Assembly: GCA_043807585.1 (NCBI GenBank)
Contig: JAZDFV010000013.1
Coordinates: forward strand, 2,039 to 66,038
Length of the DNA stretch: 64,000 bases
Origin: Candidatus Jorgensenbacteria bacterium
Lineage (GTDB): Bacteria > Patescibacteriota > Minisyncoccia > UBA6257 > GWB1-50-10
Direction: 5' to 3'
Position 1 is the first letter of the stretch. Each line of letters begins with the position of its first letter. A program made the position numbers and the translations under genes. This document shows positions 25,270 through 34,267 of the stretch, piece by piece. The notes beneath the pieces were generated by a model. That model ran no database searches, was not told where the DNA came from, and saw only the letters and a program-made list of their open reading frames with translations.

Positions 25270-26294
25270 CCGATAACCGCACGACGGTGATAAGCCAGTC
25301 AACGGAGGAAGAAATCGACCGGAGCGTCGGGAAGGTGCTTACACTCGCTCTCGTGGGGGCGGTATTGAGCGTAATCACGGCGTACGCCGTGCAGCTTTTC
25401 CTCACCACCGCGGAGACGCGGTATCTCGTAGGCGGGCTCGTGGCCGGTTTTTTCTTCTTTATAGAGCTCATCCTTGAAAGTTTTTTCGTGAAAAATCGAG
25501 CGCTTCTCAAGGTCATCGCGGTGTTTCAGGGGGTGGTGCCGCTCGTGCTCTTCTCCGGGCATCTCTATCCCGTACCATCCATTCCCTTGATTGCCGGCGT
25601 TGTCCTCATGGCGGCGTTCCTCGCGGGCGGCGCGGGTCACGGCGCGCACGTTTTGAAGAACAGCATGAAAGTTCAGTTCGTGACCGTGACGCGGGCGTTT
25701 CTCTCCAAGCTCCTCACAGGCGTGCTCATATTCGTGTCAGTGCTCTTTTACCTGAACTACTTCGCGTGGGGAGGTTTTAATGAAGCACTCGGGCGGAAAC
25801 TCACGGATCAACTCCTCAAGGCCTCCGAGCCGGTGGTGGGAATTATCTGGGGCGGGGTGCGGTTTGATCAAACGGTGGGTGAAGTGCTCGCGCAGGTGGC
25901 GGAGAAGCAGCTCCGTAGCGCGCCAGTGGAGGGCGCCGATAGCATCGATTTCTCGCAGCTCCCCCCGGAGCTCCAGCAGCAAGCGGTGCAGGGCGCCGCG
26001 GAGACGCTCCGGGGTTTGCTCGTCGAGCGACTGGGTCCTTTCACGAGTGATGAGAAGGTGACCGATGTAGTATACGGCGTCGCAGCGCGCTACGTTGCGA
26101 ATGTTTCGCCGGAGATCAAGGCGCTCGCCGGTGCTCTCTTTGCGCTCGCCCTCTTCTTCTCTCTCAAGGGTTTCTTCTCGCTTTTCCTCTGGTTCGTGGC
26201 GTTCGTGGCGTACCTTTTCTTCAAACTCCTCGTCGCGGTGAACTTCGCCCACGTGAGTACGGAAACCACCATGCGCGAGTTCGTTATCTTATAG
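25266..26294 (+). CDS. Polytopic membrane protein of unknown function inserted between dnaK and dnaJ
   Basis: Start overlaps the dnaK stop (atga). Multiple TM segments. Confidence 0.45.
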   Translation: MTDNRTTVISQSTEEEIDRSVGKVLTLALVGAVLSVITAYAVQLFLTTAETRYLVGGLVAGFFFFIELILESFFVKNRALLKVIAVFQGVVPLVLFSGHLYPVPSIPLIAGVVLMAAFLAGGAGHGAHVLKNSMKVQFVTVTRAFLSKLLTGVLIFVSVLFYLNYFAWGGFNEALGRKLTDQLLKASEPVVGIIWGGVRFDQTVGEVLAQVAEKQLRSAPVEGADSIDFSQLPPELQQQAVQGAAETLRGLLVERLGPFTSDEKVTDVVYGVAARYVANVSPEIKALAGALFALALFFSLKGFFSLFLWFVAFVAYLFFKLLVAVNFAHVSTETTMREFVIL

Positions 26295-26544
26295 ACGCTG
26301 ATTTATGCGGATTTTGGCGGATTTATGCGGATAGTAGTGATGCGAATATACCAGGCGGCTACGAAATACGAAATAATACGAAAATACAATTTAGCTACGA
26401 AATACGAAAATAGTACGAATATACGAAATTGTTAATAAAACATGAAGTCGTTTTCGTATATTCGTAAGAAGTTCGTAATTCGTAGAGAAGCGGAGCGTTT
26501 CGTATATTCGGAATTAAATTCGTAATTCGTAGAGATATTTACCC

Positions 26545-27639
26545 GTGAAGGATTATTACAAAACTTTGGGCGTTTCGCGCGACGCCTCGGAGGAGGATAT
26601 AAAGAAGGCGTACCGCCGCCTCGCCCACCAGCACCACCCGGACAAAACGGGCGGGAGCGACGCCAAGTTCAAGGAGTTGAACGAGGCCTACCAAGTGTTG
26701 GGGAACAGCGAGAAGCGGAGCCAGTATGACCGCTTCGGTACCGTCTTTTCCTCCGGAGGCGGACCCGCTTATGGCGGAGAGGGTTTCGGCGGATTCAACC
26801 CCGAAGGATTTGGGTGGAACGTGAACGCAGGGGAGGACTTGGGCAACTTCGCCGACATCTTTGAGAATATCTTTGAACACTTCGGCGGGGGACCCCGCCG
26901 GCAGACCTACACGCGCGGTGCCGACGTGGAGCTCGCGCAGGAGCTCACCATGGAAGACGCGTTCCGCGGCGTGCGGCGGCATATTCGCTTCTCGGCGCAT
27001 GTGCAGTGCCACGTGTGCGGCGGAGTAGGGCATGACAAGGCGAAGGGGCTCTCTCCCTGCGCCACCTGCAAGGGGCGCGGCGAGATCCGCGAGCAGCGCC
27101 AGACCTTCTTCGGCAACTTTGCGCAGGTTAAAGCGTGCCCGACCTGCCGCGGCCGCGGCGAAGTGGCCGTGGCTCCCTGCAGTGCCTGCAAGGGGAGCGG
27201 GCGCACGGCGGGAACGCGGGAGGTGGAACTTTCCATCGCCCCCGGGGTGGACAACGGGCAGGTCATTAAGGTTTCGGGCATGGGCGAGGCGGGGGAGTAC
27301 GGAACGGGGAGCGGCGACCTCTACGTGGTGGTGCGTGTGAAGCCCCACACGGCGTTCCGGCGGAAGAAAACCGATCTCTTTACCGAGAAGAGCGTGCGGT
27401 TCTCCGATCTGCTCCTCGGGAAGAAAGTTGAGCTTGTGGACATAAGCGGCGAGCGGTTCACGGTGTCCGTCCCCGCGGGATTTAATCTCCGCGAGGAGCT
27501 GCGGGTGCCTGGGCGCGGCATGCCGCGCTTCGGCTCATCGGGCCGCGGGGATCTCTACCTAACGCTCGACGTGAAGCTCCCGAGGCACCTCTCCGCGAAG
27601 GCGAAGAAGCTCTTGGAGGAGCTGGAGGGGGAGATGTAG
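26545..27639 (+). CDS. dnaJ: Chaperone DnaJ
   Basis: J domain 'HPDK', Gly/Phe-rich region, four CxxCxGxG zinc-finger repeats. Confidence 0.9.
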   Translation: MKDYYKTLGVSRDASEEDIKKAYRRLAHQHHPDKTGGSDAKFKELNEAYQVLGNSEKRSQYDRFGTVFSSGGGPAYGGEGFGGFNPEGFGWNVNAGEDLGNFADIFENIFEHFGGGPRRQTYTRGADVELAQELTMEDAFRGVRRHIRFSAHVQCHVCGGVGHDKAKGLSPCATCKGRGEIREQRQTFFGNFAQVKACPTCRGRGEVAVAPCSACKGSGRTAGTREVELSIAPGVDNGQVIKVSGMGEAGEYGTGSGDLYVVVRVKPHTAFRRKKTDLFTEKSVRFSDLLLGKKVELVDISGERFTVSVPAGFNLREELRVPGRGMPRFGSSGRGDLYLTLDVKLPRHLSAKAKKLLEELEGEM

Positions 27640-27680
27640 GCGCGTCATTCTTATTCTTAGAGCACCGGGTGAACGAGTAG

Positions 27681-27717
27681 TAAAGAACTGGGCCTCACGT
27701 GAGGCCCAGTTCTTTTT
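27681..27717. terminator. Bidirectional Rho-independent terminator between dnaJ (+) and the NUDIX gene (-)
   Basis: aaagaactgggcctca CGTG tgaggcccagttcttt followed by a T-run. Confidence 0.7.
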
Positions 27718-28120
27718 TCACTTTCGGGTCGAGGTCGGTGGTGAAGAGTGTGAGGAGCTCCTGCGGTTTCACCCACCTGATCTCCCCAACCTCGTGAGGT
27801 TCCTTCGGTTCCGCCACTGGTTGCGGAGATTTGAGCTCGCAGAGGTGGTAGACGATGGTAATCATGAATTGCGGGTGGATGCGGAGCGAGAGCTCGCGCC
27901 GGGAGGCGATCTCATAGCCGGTTTCCGCGAGCACCTCACGCTCCACGCCCTGGGCGCGTGTTTCCCCATACCGCTGCTTGCCGCCGGGAAACGCCCACTC
28001 CAATACCGTACCGCCGCTCCCCGTCTCTTTCTTCTTGCGGCGTATCACGAGTACTTCCCCCTTCGGGTTCACCACGACCCCCAGGTTGATGAAGTTCTTG
28101 CTCTCCGCCGGTTCTGCCAT
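27695..28120 (-). CDS. NUDIX hydrolase
   Basis: Nudix box 'GGKQRYGETRAQGVEREVLAETGYE'. Confidence 0.7.
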   Translation of the reverse strand: MAEPAESKNFINLGVVVNPKGEVLVIRRKKKETGSGGTVLEWAFPGGKQRYGETRAQGVEREVLAETGYEIASRRELSLRIHPQFMITIVYHLCELKSPQPVAEPKEPHEVGEIRWVKPQELLTLFTTDLDPKVKKELGLT

Positions 28121-28328
28121 AATACCCTCGCATTATACCTTGGGGGTACGACCACTTGACAGTGGAACGGCAGCTGGTATCATGGATTCACTCCGTAGAC
28201 AGTAGGCTGGGAATACCTATAAGCCCTACCGAGGAAACGCCAGCGCGCGCTGGCAACGTCTACGGCCTTGGAGTCGTAGTTTTTTGTATCCGTATCAATC
28301 AGTCCAAATCCGCATAAATCAGCGTCTT

Positions 28329-28814
28329 ATGAAAACAAAAGCACAAAAGCAGCAGGCGGTAGAGGAAGGGTTGGCGGGCTTGAAAGGGAGCAAGACCATC
28401 GTCATCGCCGACTTTACGGGGATTTCCACCTCGGAGATGAACGTGCTCCGGAAGGCGCTCCGCGGGATTGGTGCGGCGTTCCACGTGGTGAAGAAGCGGC
28501 TCCTTCGCATTATCTTTGAAAAGGAGGGTATTGCCATGGACCCCAGGGAGCTCGAGGGGCAGATGGGGGTAGTGTTCTCGCCAAATGACCTCGTGGAGAC
28601 CGCCGGCGTCGTGCACCGCTTCTCAAGAGGGAAGGAGCTTCTGAAGTTCCTCGGCGGGGTGGAGGTCAAGGAGAAAAAGTTCATCGAGGGGGCGGACGTG
28701 AAGCGCATCGGCGCGCTCCCCAGCCGCGAGGTCCTTTTGGGACAGTTGGCGTACATGCTCACGGTACCTATTAAAAAGTTTTTGTTCGTGTTGAGTGAAA
28801 AATCCAAAAAGTAA
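28329..28814 (+). CDS. rplJ: 50S ribosomal protein L10
   Basis: Conserved L10 N-terminus from 'MKTKAQKQQAVEE'. Upstream of rplL. Confidence 0.8.
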   Translation: MKTKAQKQQAVEEGLAGLKGSKTIVIADFTGISTSEMNVLRKALRGIGAAFHVVKKRLLRIIFEKEGIAMDPRELEGQMGVVFSPNDLVETAGVVHRFSRGKELLKFLGGVEVKEKKFIEGADVKRIGALPSREVLLGQLAYMLTVPIKKFLFVLSEKSKK

Positions 28815-28828
28815 AAGGTCGTAAGTGT

Positions 28829-28923
28829 GATACCAATATACTAATGCATACTAATGATACAAATAATGCTAATGATTCGTATTCATTCGTATCATTCGCA
28901 CCAATTCGTATATTAGCATCGTG
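28829..28923. repeat. AT-rich MITE-like hairpin repeat (family member 2) in the rplJ-rplL spacer
   Basis: gataccaatatactaatgcatactaatgatac ... attcgtatattagcatcgtg. Confidence 0.6.
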
Positions 28924-28935
28924 TAAGCGAAGCGT

Positions 28936-29304
28936 ATGGAAAAATTTGAAGACATCATAGAAAAAGTGGAAAAGATGACGGTGCTGGAGCTCTCCGAGCT
29001 CGTACATGCGCTCGAAGAGAAATTCGGCGTCTCCGCGGCGGCTATGGCGGTCGCGGGTGACCCTTCGACAGGCCTAGGGCAGGAGGAAGAAAAAACCGCG
29101 TGGACGGTGGTCTTGAAGGCCAGCGGCGGCCAGAAGATCAACGTCATCAAGCTGGTGAAGGAGGCGACGGGGCTAGGCCTCAAGGAAGCGAAGGATATTG
29201 TGGATGCCGCTCCGAAGAACGTGAAGGAGGGACTCAAAAAGGAAGATGCGGAGGAACTGAAAAAGAAGCTGGAGGATGTGGGCGCAACGGTGGAATTACA
29301 GTAG
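28936..29304 (+). CDS. rplL: 50S ribosomal protein L7/L12
   Basis: N-terminal dimerisation helix, Ala/Glu-rich hinge, C-terminal '[12 protein letters not shown]'. Confidence 0.9.
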   Translation: MEKFEDIIEKVEKMTVLELSELVHALEEKFGVSAAAMAVAGDPSTGLGQEEEKTAWTVVLKASGGQKINVIKLVKEATGLGLKEAKDIVDAAPKNVKEGLKKEDAEELKKKLEDVGATVELQ

Positions 29305-29320
29305 CTTTCTCGTGGACGGA

Positions 29321-29360
29321 AAAGGCGCCTGTCGCATTACGCGGCGGGCGCCTTTCTTTA
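29321..29360. terminator. Hairpin terminator after rplL (bidirectional with 29365..30258)
   Basis: aaaggcgcc ... ggcgccttt cttt. Confidence 0.55.
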
Positions 29361-29364
29361 CCTA

Positions 29365-30258
29365 TTAGGAAAGCTCCTTACGTACCTTGTCGTGGAGGGC
29401 CGCAAGTCCCGCGAGGAGCGTGAACTGCTGGGCGGGAGAATCCACGTTGTGGCAACTAAACTCATATCCACTTCCTTTATCGGGCGAGCATGAATATGAG
29501 GGATGAAGCCCACACGCGTCGCCGGGGCAGCTTACGTTCAACCATCCGCCCCTATAGGCGATATGCGCCGAAAAGCTGTGGTCATCGAGCGGTCCTCGGC
29601 CGAGCATATGGTAATAGGCGGTCCTCATTGCCTTTTCCATTTCTGGGATGACATAAACGTGCCGCTCGGGTAAATCCGTCACCTTCGAAGCGAGCCACGA
29701 AGTAAGCGGAACGCTATACATCCCGCCGAGGCTTCCTCCGTGCATGTCCCTCATCGTTAGCGTTTCCACGGAGAGGAGTTGTGGGAGCTTCGAGGAGGTT
29801 TCGGCGTCATTCAGGTAATTGAGCAGGGAGAAAAGGACAGTAAAGCTCGCCGAGACCGCGAACGCTTCGTGCCAGAGGTAGTTGTATTGCTTTCCGGTGC
29901 CGCCGCAGCGTAGGCATTCGCCGCCGAAAATTCTATCCTTCTTCTTTCCTTTGCAGGAGGGGCATACTTTCCCGACTCTTTGCTTGACGATCGGTGCGCT
30001 TGCCATCAGTTCGATGAATTCGCCGCGCGGGCCGCGATAGGTGAGCGCCCCTTCGAATCCGAACCCGTTCACGGGTTTCTCCGAGAAATTCTTGAAGTTG
30101 AATTCCGGATCGAAGTTTCGGACCATCGGCGAGTCAGGTTTGATTTGCTCGAACAATTTCAGCATATCTCGATGAATTCGGACAACGATTGCGGTTTTCT
30201 CCGGTAGCCAGGACAGTTCATACCAACAAGGCAGAACATCGTAGATGATGATTTTCAT
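29365..30258 (-). CDS. Hypothetical protein with CxxC...CxxC zinc-ribbon
   Basis: 297 aa; 'CPSCKGKKKDRIFGGECLRCGG'. No recognised family. Confidence 0.4.
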   Translation of the reverse strand: MKIIIYDVLPCWYELSWLPEKTAIVVRIHRDMLKLFEQIKPDSPMVRNFDPEFNFKNFSEKPVNGFGFEGALTYRGPRGEFIELMASAPIVKQRVGKVCPSCKGKKKDRIFGGECLRCGGTGKQYNYLWHEAFAVSASFTVLFSLLNYLNDAETSSKLPQLLSVETLTMRDMHGGSLGGMYSVPLTSWLASKVTDLPERHVYVIPEMEKAMRTAYYHMLGRGPLDDHSFSAHIAYRGGWLNVSCPGDACGLHPSYSCSPDKGSGYEFSCHNVDSPAQQFTLLAGLAALHDKVRKELS

Positions 30259-30374
30259 GAGCAGATCCCTCCCAAGTGTCTTTAGTTTTGTGATTCGTTG
30301 CTGGTTTTGAGACTACAGATTTTCAGGGGTTGCGTCAAGTATGGCGCGCGCGTTTTCGCCGCCATCCGGATGAT

Positions 30375-30408
30375 GTTAACAAATTACACGGCCGTGTAAT
30401 TTGTTAAC
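30375..30408. repeat. Perfect 34-nt palindrome gttaacaaattacacGGCCgtgtaatttgttaac flanking PaaX-like gene 2
   Basis: Cognate copy at 30985-31015. Third solo copy at 39593-39625. Confidence 0.6.
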
Positions 30409-30448
30409 ATAAGGTGTCTTGTGGAATTTCAGCACCGTCGGGCCCGGT

Positions 30449-30937
30449 TTAAATGATCTCAGCTTCTCGCGCCTTGAAGAATTTGATGTATCGCAGAAGG
30501 TCGAGCGCCTCCAGCGCCTCTATAAAATCTTTCGGGAGGGGAGCGGGGCCAAGCCACACACTCTGTTGGAGTTTTACGAAACCGAGATTTAAAAGTTCAA
30601 AGCGGAGCCATTCACGTTTTCTCCGGAGCCGCTCCGGTATGTCGAATGCGATGATGAGCGATTTTTCTTTTGCGGGTTCTTTGATCTTCCGTTTGGTGTG
30701 TGTGGGCAATTTGAGCGCAAGTTTTTCGAACCCCTTTTTCGTTGTGGCCCAAACACCATTATCGTTTTTGACGAATCCTGCATGTTTGAGCCGGGAGAGC
30801 GTAACGCGAATGGAAGCATCGTTGTAGTGTGCCGCAGGCCTTCGGTCCTCATGCATTCCCATAAGCCGCCGCCGCATGAGGCGGTACCCCCCGTGATAAT
30901 CCAAGAGTACCGTAATGATGTCATCCGCCAAGCTCAT
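30449..30937 (-). CDS. PaaX-family protein: winged-HTH plus Cas2/VapD-like fold domain (paralog 2)
   Basis: 'IIAFDIPERLRRKREWLRFELLNLGFVKLQQSVWLG'. Confidence 0.6.
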   Translation of the reverse strand: MSLADDIITVLLDYHGGYRLMRRRLMGMHEDRRPAAHYNDASIRVTLSRLKHAGFVKNDNGVWATTKKGFEKLALKLPTHTKRKIKEPAKEKSLIIAFDIPERLRRKREWLRFELLNLGFVKLQQSVWLGPAPLPKDFIEALEALDLLRYIKFFKAREAEII

Positions 30938-30984
30938 ATTTTTTGTCCCTTCGTTTTTTACTTCTTTACTTTCGTATAATATAT

Positions 30985-31015
30985 TAACATTTTACACGGC
31001 CGTGTGAAATGTTAA
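30985..31015. promoter_or_regulatory. Palindrome ttaacattttacacGGCCgtgtgaaatgttaa overlapping the putative promoter of PaaX-like gene 2; putative operator
   Basis: Lies ~50 nt upstream of the minus-strand start. -10-like 'tatatt/tattatac' overlaps on the coding strand. Confidence 0.55.
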
Positions 31016-31026
31016 TAGTGCACAAA

Positions 31027-31198
31027 GTGAAGCTCCACGGGCTGACCTGTGCTTCACCGAAGGCTACCTCCTTCGCCGAAGTGGCTTCAACTACGAAGGC
31101 TGAGTCGGCAAGGCGAGCGCCTGTGGCTTCTCTCCATTCGGGATTCCGTGGAGCGAAACCCTGCACCGTCCCGCTTAGCGGGACTGGTGCGTGGGTAA
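31027..31198 (+). other. Conserved element 'A' (copy 2)
   Basis: Same sequence family as 16364-16526, with a 39-nt net insertion and a covarying hairpin. Confidence 0.5.
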
Positions 31199-31263
31199 GA
31201 TCTTTGATGGGGACCGAGGGTTGTTTACAGAAGCGGTGCCGTTTCGTTTGACGCGCACCCCGC

Positions 31264-31662
31264 TTGGGGGGTAATTTCAGGGTAGTTCCAACAAACCAGA
31301 ACAAAGGGAAAGGGCCGGCGATGGACGCTAAATTGCAGACCTCGACCGAGGAGCGCATGAACGTCCTCAAGGGTGCCATCGCGGCGAGCGTGCGGCGCAC
31401 CCCGCTCTCCGTCAATGGGGTGATGGAAAAGCTCTCCGGGGCGCGTATCGATTTGGACTACAATCGCGCTATCGTGGAGCGGCTCGTCCGTGAGCTCTGC
31501 GAGGAGGGGAGGGCGATAGGCCGGAACGGCTCCGTTGCCTGGAACCACGCGCGCGGCCTTTGCCACGAGAATGATGGAAAGGGAGTTTGTCGCTGTTGTG
31601 GCGACCTCTTCATGCGGGGAAAGGGAGGGCGCCTCATATGCCCCTCGTGTCTGTTCAAATAG
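31264..31662 (+). CDS. Hypothetical wHTH-like protein with C-terminal zinc ribbon
   Basis: 132 aa; 'CRCCGDLF...CPSC'. Confidence 0.35.
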   Translation: MGGNFRVVPTNQNKGKGPAMDAKLQTSTEERMNVLKGAIAASVRRTPLSVNGVMEKLSGARIDLDYNRAIVERLVRELCEEGRAIGRNGSVAWNHARGLCHENDGKGVCRCCGDLFMRGKGGRLICPSCLFK

Positions 31663-31890
31663 GGTGCCGTTTTTGCGAACTTGTCCTTCGGTTCGCTCAG
31701 GACAATCCTGAGCTGGTCGAAGGGTTGCAGAACCGGCACCGTTTTGTTTTACTGTGAACGAAGGGATTTAGACGCGCGCATAGCTCAGCTCCGACGCCAG
31801 CAAGGCAGGGTCGGAGAGCCGACTAGAACGTCGGCTTGGCAGAGCGGTCGCCTCAGGCGACAGGTCGCAGATTCGCTTCTTCACATGTTT

Positions 31891-31962
31891 GGGCGTTTAG
31901 CTCAGTGGCAGAGCGCTTCGTTCACATCGAAGAGGCCGCTGGTTCGATCCCAGCAACGCCCA
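31891..31962 (+). tRNA. tRNA-Val (anticodon CAC)
   Basis: gggcgtt/aacgccc acceptor, D-arm tagctcagtggcagagc, anticodon stem-loop cttcg-ttCACat-cgaag, T-arm gctgg-ttcgatc-ccagc. No encoded CCA. Confidence 0.8.
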
Positions 31963-32132
31963 CTTGAACATTCAATTCACATTGCAAAGGCCGTAGGTTT
32001 TCCCGCATTCATCCCGAGCGAAGCGAGGTTAGGTAGGAGCAATCCCGCACATAACTTGTTATGTGCGTGGACGATCCCTACAGGGCGCACAGAAAAGAAA
32101 AAGGTAATAGACAATGTTAAAAGGTTGAAATT

Positions 32133-32798
32133 ATGAGTGTTGGTAAAATTAGAATACTTTTATCAGAACCCCCATTTAAAACTGAAAGCGAGGCCGTACA
32201 CTTTGTAGTTTTACTTCGGAAGGAGATTGAGAAAGATCGGGAGGACAGGGATAAATTTGGATTGCTTAAGTTTTTCTGTGATTGGGCATTACATTCCAAG
32301 TTAGACAAATCATCGCAAACACTTGAAATTTTAATAAATTTTAATAAATGCCTAACCGAGTTCGATTTTGGTAAGGGTGATCGAGAGAAACTCGATGCAT
32401 TATTGATTCGACTTTCCTCAATCATCTCATTTGAAAAGTTACACGATGAAATAGCTTTGTTTTTAGAGAAACATAGATTGCCAAGAGATATCGTTAACGA
32501 TCGCGCTATTTGGAAAACTTTCTTGAATTTTTTGGCAGATATTATTAATGATAGCCAATTAAGATTTTCAGATAGCAGAGATTATAGGAAAATTGCTCGG
32601 ATTAGAAAATTTAAAGGAGTATTAGCTTTCCCATTTTTCCTTCGGAATTCTTGCGTATCAGGACTTTCTCTTGAAAAGAGAATAGAACAACAAATTGACA
32701 GAGAAAATTTTGAAATAAAAGATGTCGTTATATTGACCATTCGAATTATTATGGATAGTGGAAGTTCGATTTTAATTCCTAGTACAAGGTTAGATTAA
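32133..32798 (+). CDS. Hypothetical protein (very AT-rich island)
   Basis: 221-aa ORF in a markedly AT-rich segment adjacent to tRNA-Val. Confidence 0.4.
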   Translation: MSVGKIRILLSEPPFKTESEAVHFVVLLRKEIEKDREDRDKFGLLKFFCDWALHSKLDKSSQTLEILINFNKCLTEFDFGKGDREKLDALLIRLSSIISFEKLHDEIALFLEKHRLPRDIVNDRAIWKTFLNFLADIINDSQLRFSDSRDYRKIARIRKFKGVLAFPFFLRNSCVSGLSLEKRIEQQIDRENFEIKDVVILTIRIIMDSGSSILIPSTRLD

Positions 32799-32865
32799 AC
32801 TTGTGGGGGTAAACGCTGTTAGGGACTCAATGCTGGGCTGGTAATAAAAGAGTACAATTGGTTAT

Positions 32866-33171
32866 ATGAAAAACTGGCTCAAAGAAAATTGGTTTAAGGT
32901 TGGTATTCCAATAGCTTTCATTCTGGGTATGTTGATCTTTGGAGGTAAGGAAGAATGGACGTTGATGGTTTGTAATGGAAAACTCAACGATGCTGAATGT
33001 TACAGCAACAGCCAAGTGATTACCGGTTTTGAGTCGTCAAAAGAATGTTTTTTGGAAGGTGCTTCTAGATTTGTAAAAGAAGGATTCGAATGCGGGAAAA
33101 ACTGTAGGGAGGAAGGGCACGGCTTAAGAGTATGTAAAGAAATTTGCAATTCGGCTGGATGCAGAGAGTGA
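32866..33171 (+). CDS. Small Cys-rich membrane/secreted protein
   Basis: TM segment then 8 Cys in ~60 aa. Confidence 0.35.
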   Translation: MKNWLKENWFKVGIPIAFILGMLIFGGKEEWTLMVCNGKLNDAECYSNSQVITGFESSKECFLEGASRFVKEGFECGKNCREEGHGLRVCKEICNSAGCRE

Positions 33172-33193
33172 TAGGGTAAGATAGGGTAAATCC

Positions 33194-33430
33194 ATGAAAG
33201 GAAATTTATCAAATAAAATAGAACATTTAAGATATTTGCTTAGATGGAATCTTCTGCCATCCATAATTCTTTTTGGTGGAATTTATGTAGTTTTAGACCT
33301 TCGGTACACCGAACTTGGTTTTTTGCTATCTTTGGTTGGTGTTTTTTCTCTTGCTCTTTGGGCTAATCACAATCGCCCTAAGTCATACAGCGATTATCTA
33401 AAAAACATAGAACAAAAAGAAGAGAGATGA
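33194..33430 (+). CDS. Small two-TM membrane protein
   Basis: 78 aa; hydrophobic. Confidence 0.3.
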   Translation: MKGNLSNKIEHLRYLLRWNLLPSIILFGGIYVVLDLRYTELGFLLSLVGVFSLALWANHNRPKSYSDYLKNIEQKEER

Positions 33431-33705
33431 AAGATTTTTTCAGAATAATAAAGGAATACTTTATTCTAATTATTGGAATAGGTTTATTTACTTACGGTTT
33501 ATTTGGTTTTCATGCTGATGAAATTTGTGGTGAGGGAAGTTTAATGCCTGCAGGAACCCTGCCTTTACAGATTTTTGATAGATTAAAATGTATAGAACCC
33601 GCCATATTTTACTACTACGATCTCAACGCCTTAGTTTTAGTAACTACAGGAGCTATTTTGATAACTATTGGATTGTTAAAATTAAAAAGAAAAAATAGTG
33701 AGTGA
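33427..33705 (+). CDS. Small two-TM membrane protein
   Basis: 92 aa; start overlaps the previous ORF. Confidence 0.3.
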   Translation: MKDFFRIIKEYFILIIGIGLFTYGLFGFHADEICGEGSLMPAGTLPLQIFDRLKCIEPAIFYYYDLNALVLVTTGAILITIGLLKLKRKNSE

Positions 33706-34030
33706 AGTGATGGGATACACATAAGCCCCCCACTAAACAGGTTTTAATGTCCTCCTGCAGGGGACTGCGCCCGTGCGCCCAAACGACTTGCTAGGCCGGC
33801 TGTCTCTGATGGAAGTTCACCCCGTTGGATGCGAGAGCTATCTAACGGGGTGAACCTCACACATAACTCCTTATGTGTGGGGTGAACAACTTGTTGATAA
33901 GTCGGACGGGAAAATTTTTGAAACGTAGGTAAATAAACGATTTTCTTCTCCGTCCGCCGGCATCCGCCGACGGGCGGATTATTTTTGACAGAGTGGGAGA
34001 GTGGTGTATCTTAGTAGGGAAGTGGGGAAT

Positions 34031-34071
34031 TGTGGATAACTGTGTGGATAAGGGCCGAATCTGGGGATAAC
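34031..34071. promoter_or_regulatory. Cluster of three same-orientation DnaA-box-like 9-mers (TGTGGATAA x2, GGGGATAAC)
   Basis: Two perfect matches to the reverse complement of the TTATCCACA consensus, 12 nt apart, and one 7/9 match. Located ~200 nt upstream of mraZ. Confidence 0.45.
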
Positions 34072-34198
34072 TCCCGATTTTGCCCGATCCGCCAGCTGGC
34101 GGAGAGGTTACAAAATCGAGGACCCAGCACATAAGACATTTTGCTATGCATATTTCAAAGGAACAAAAACTGACCGTTTTTCGAAAGAACCTTATGTG

Positions 34199-34267
34199 CT
34201 GGGTGCTCAATTCCGTAGATAAATTTTTTTCGTCGACCGACTCAAAAATTTATACGTAATTGGCATG
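34199..34267 (+). promoter_or_regulatory. Conserved ~68-nt leader / translation-start element (copy upstream of mraZ)
   Basis: ctgggtgctcaattccgtagataaatttttttcgtcgaccgactcaaaaatttatacgtaattggcATG. Preceded by IR arms 34123-34135 / 34191-34203. Confidence 0.6.

Noticed and set aside
23416-25302. Minus-strand ORFs of 261 aa and 364 aa
   Set aside because: Antisense to dnaK, which has unmistakable Hsp70 motifs; Arg/His/Leu-rich junk translation.
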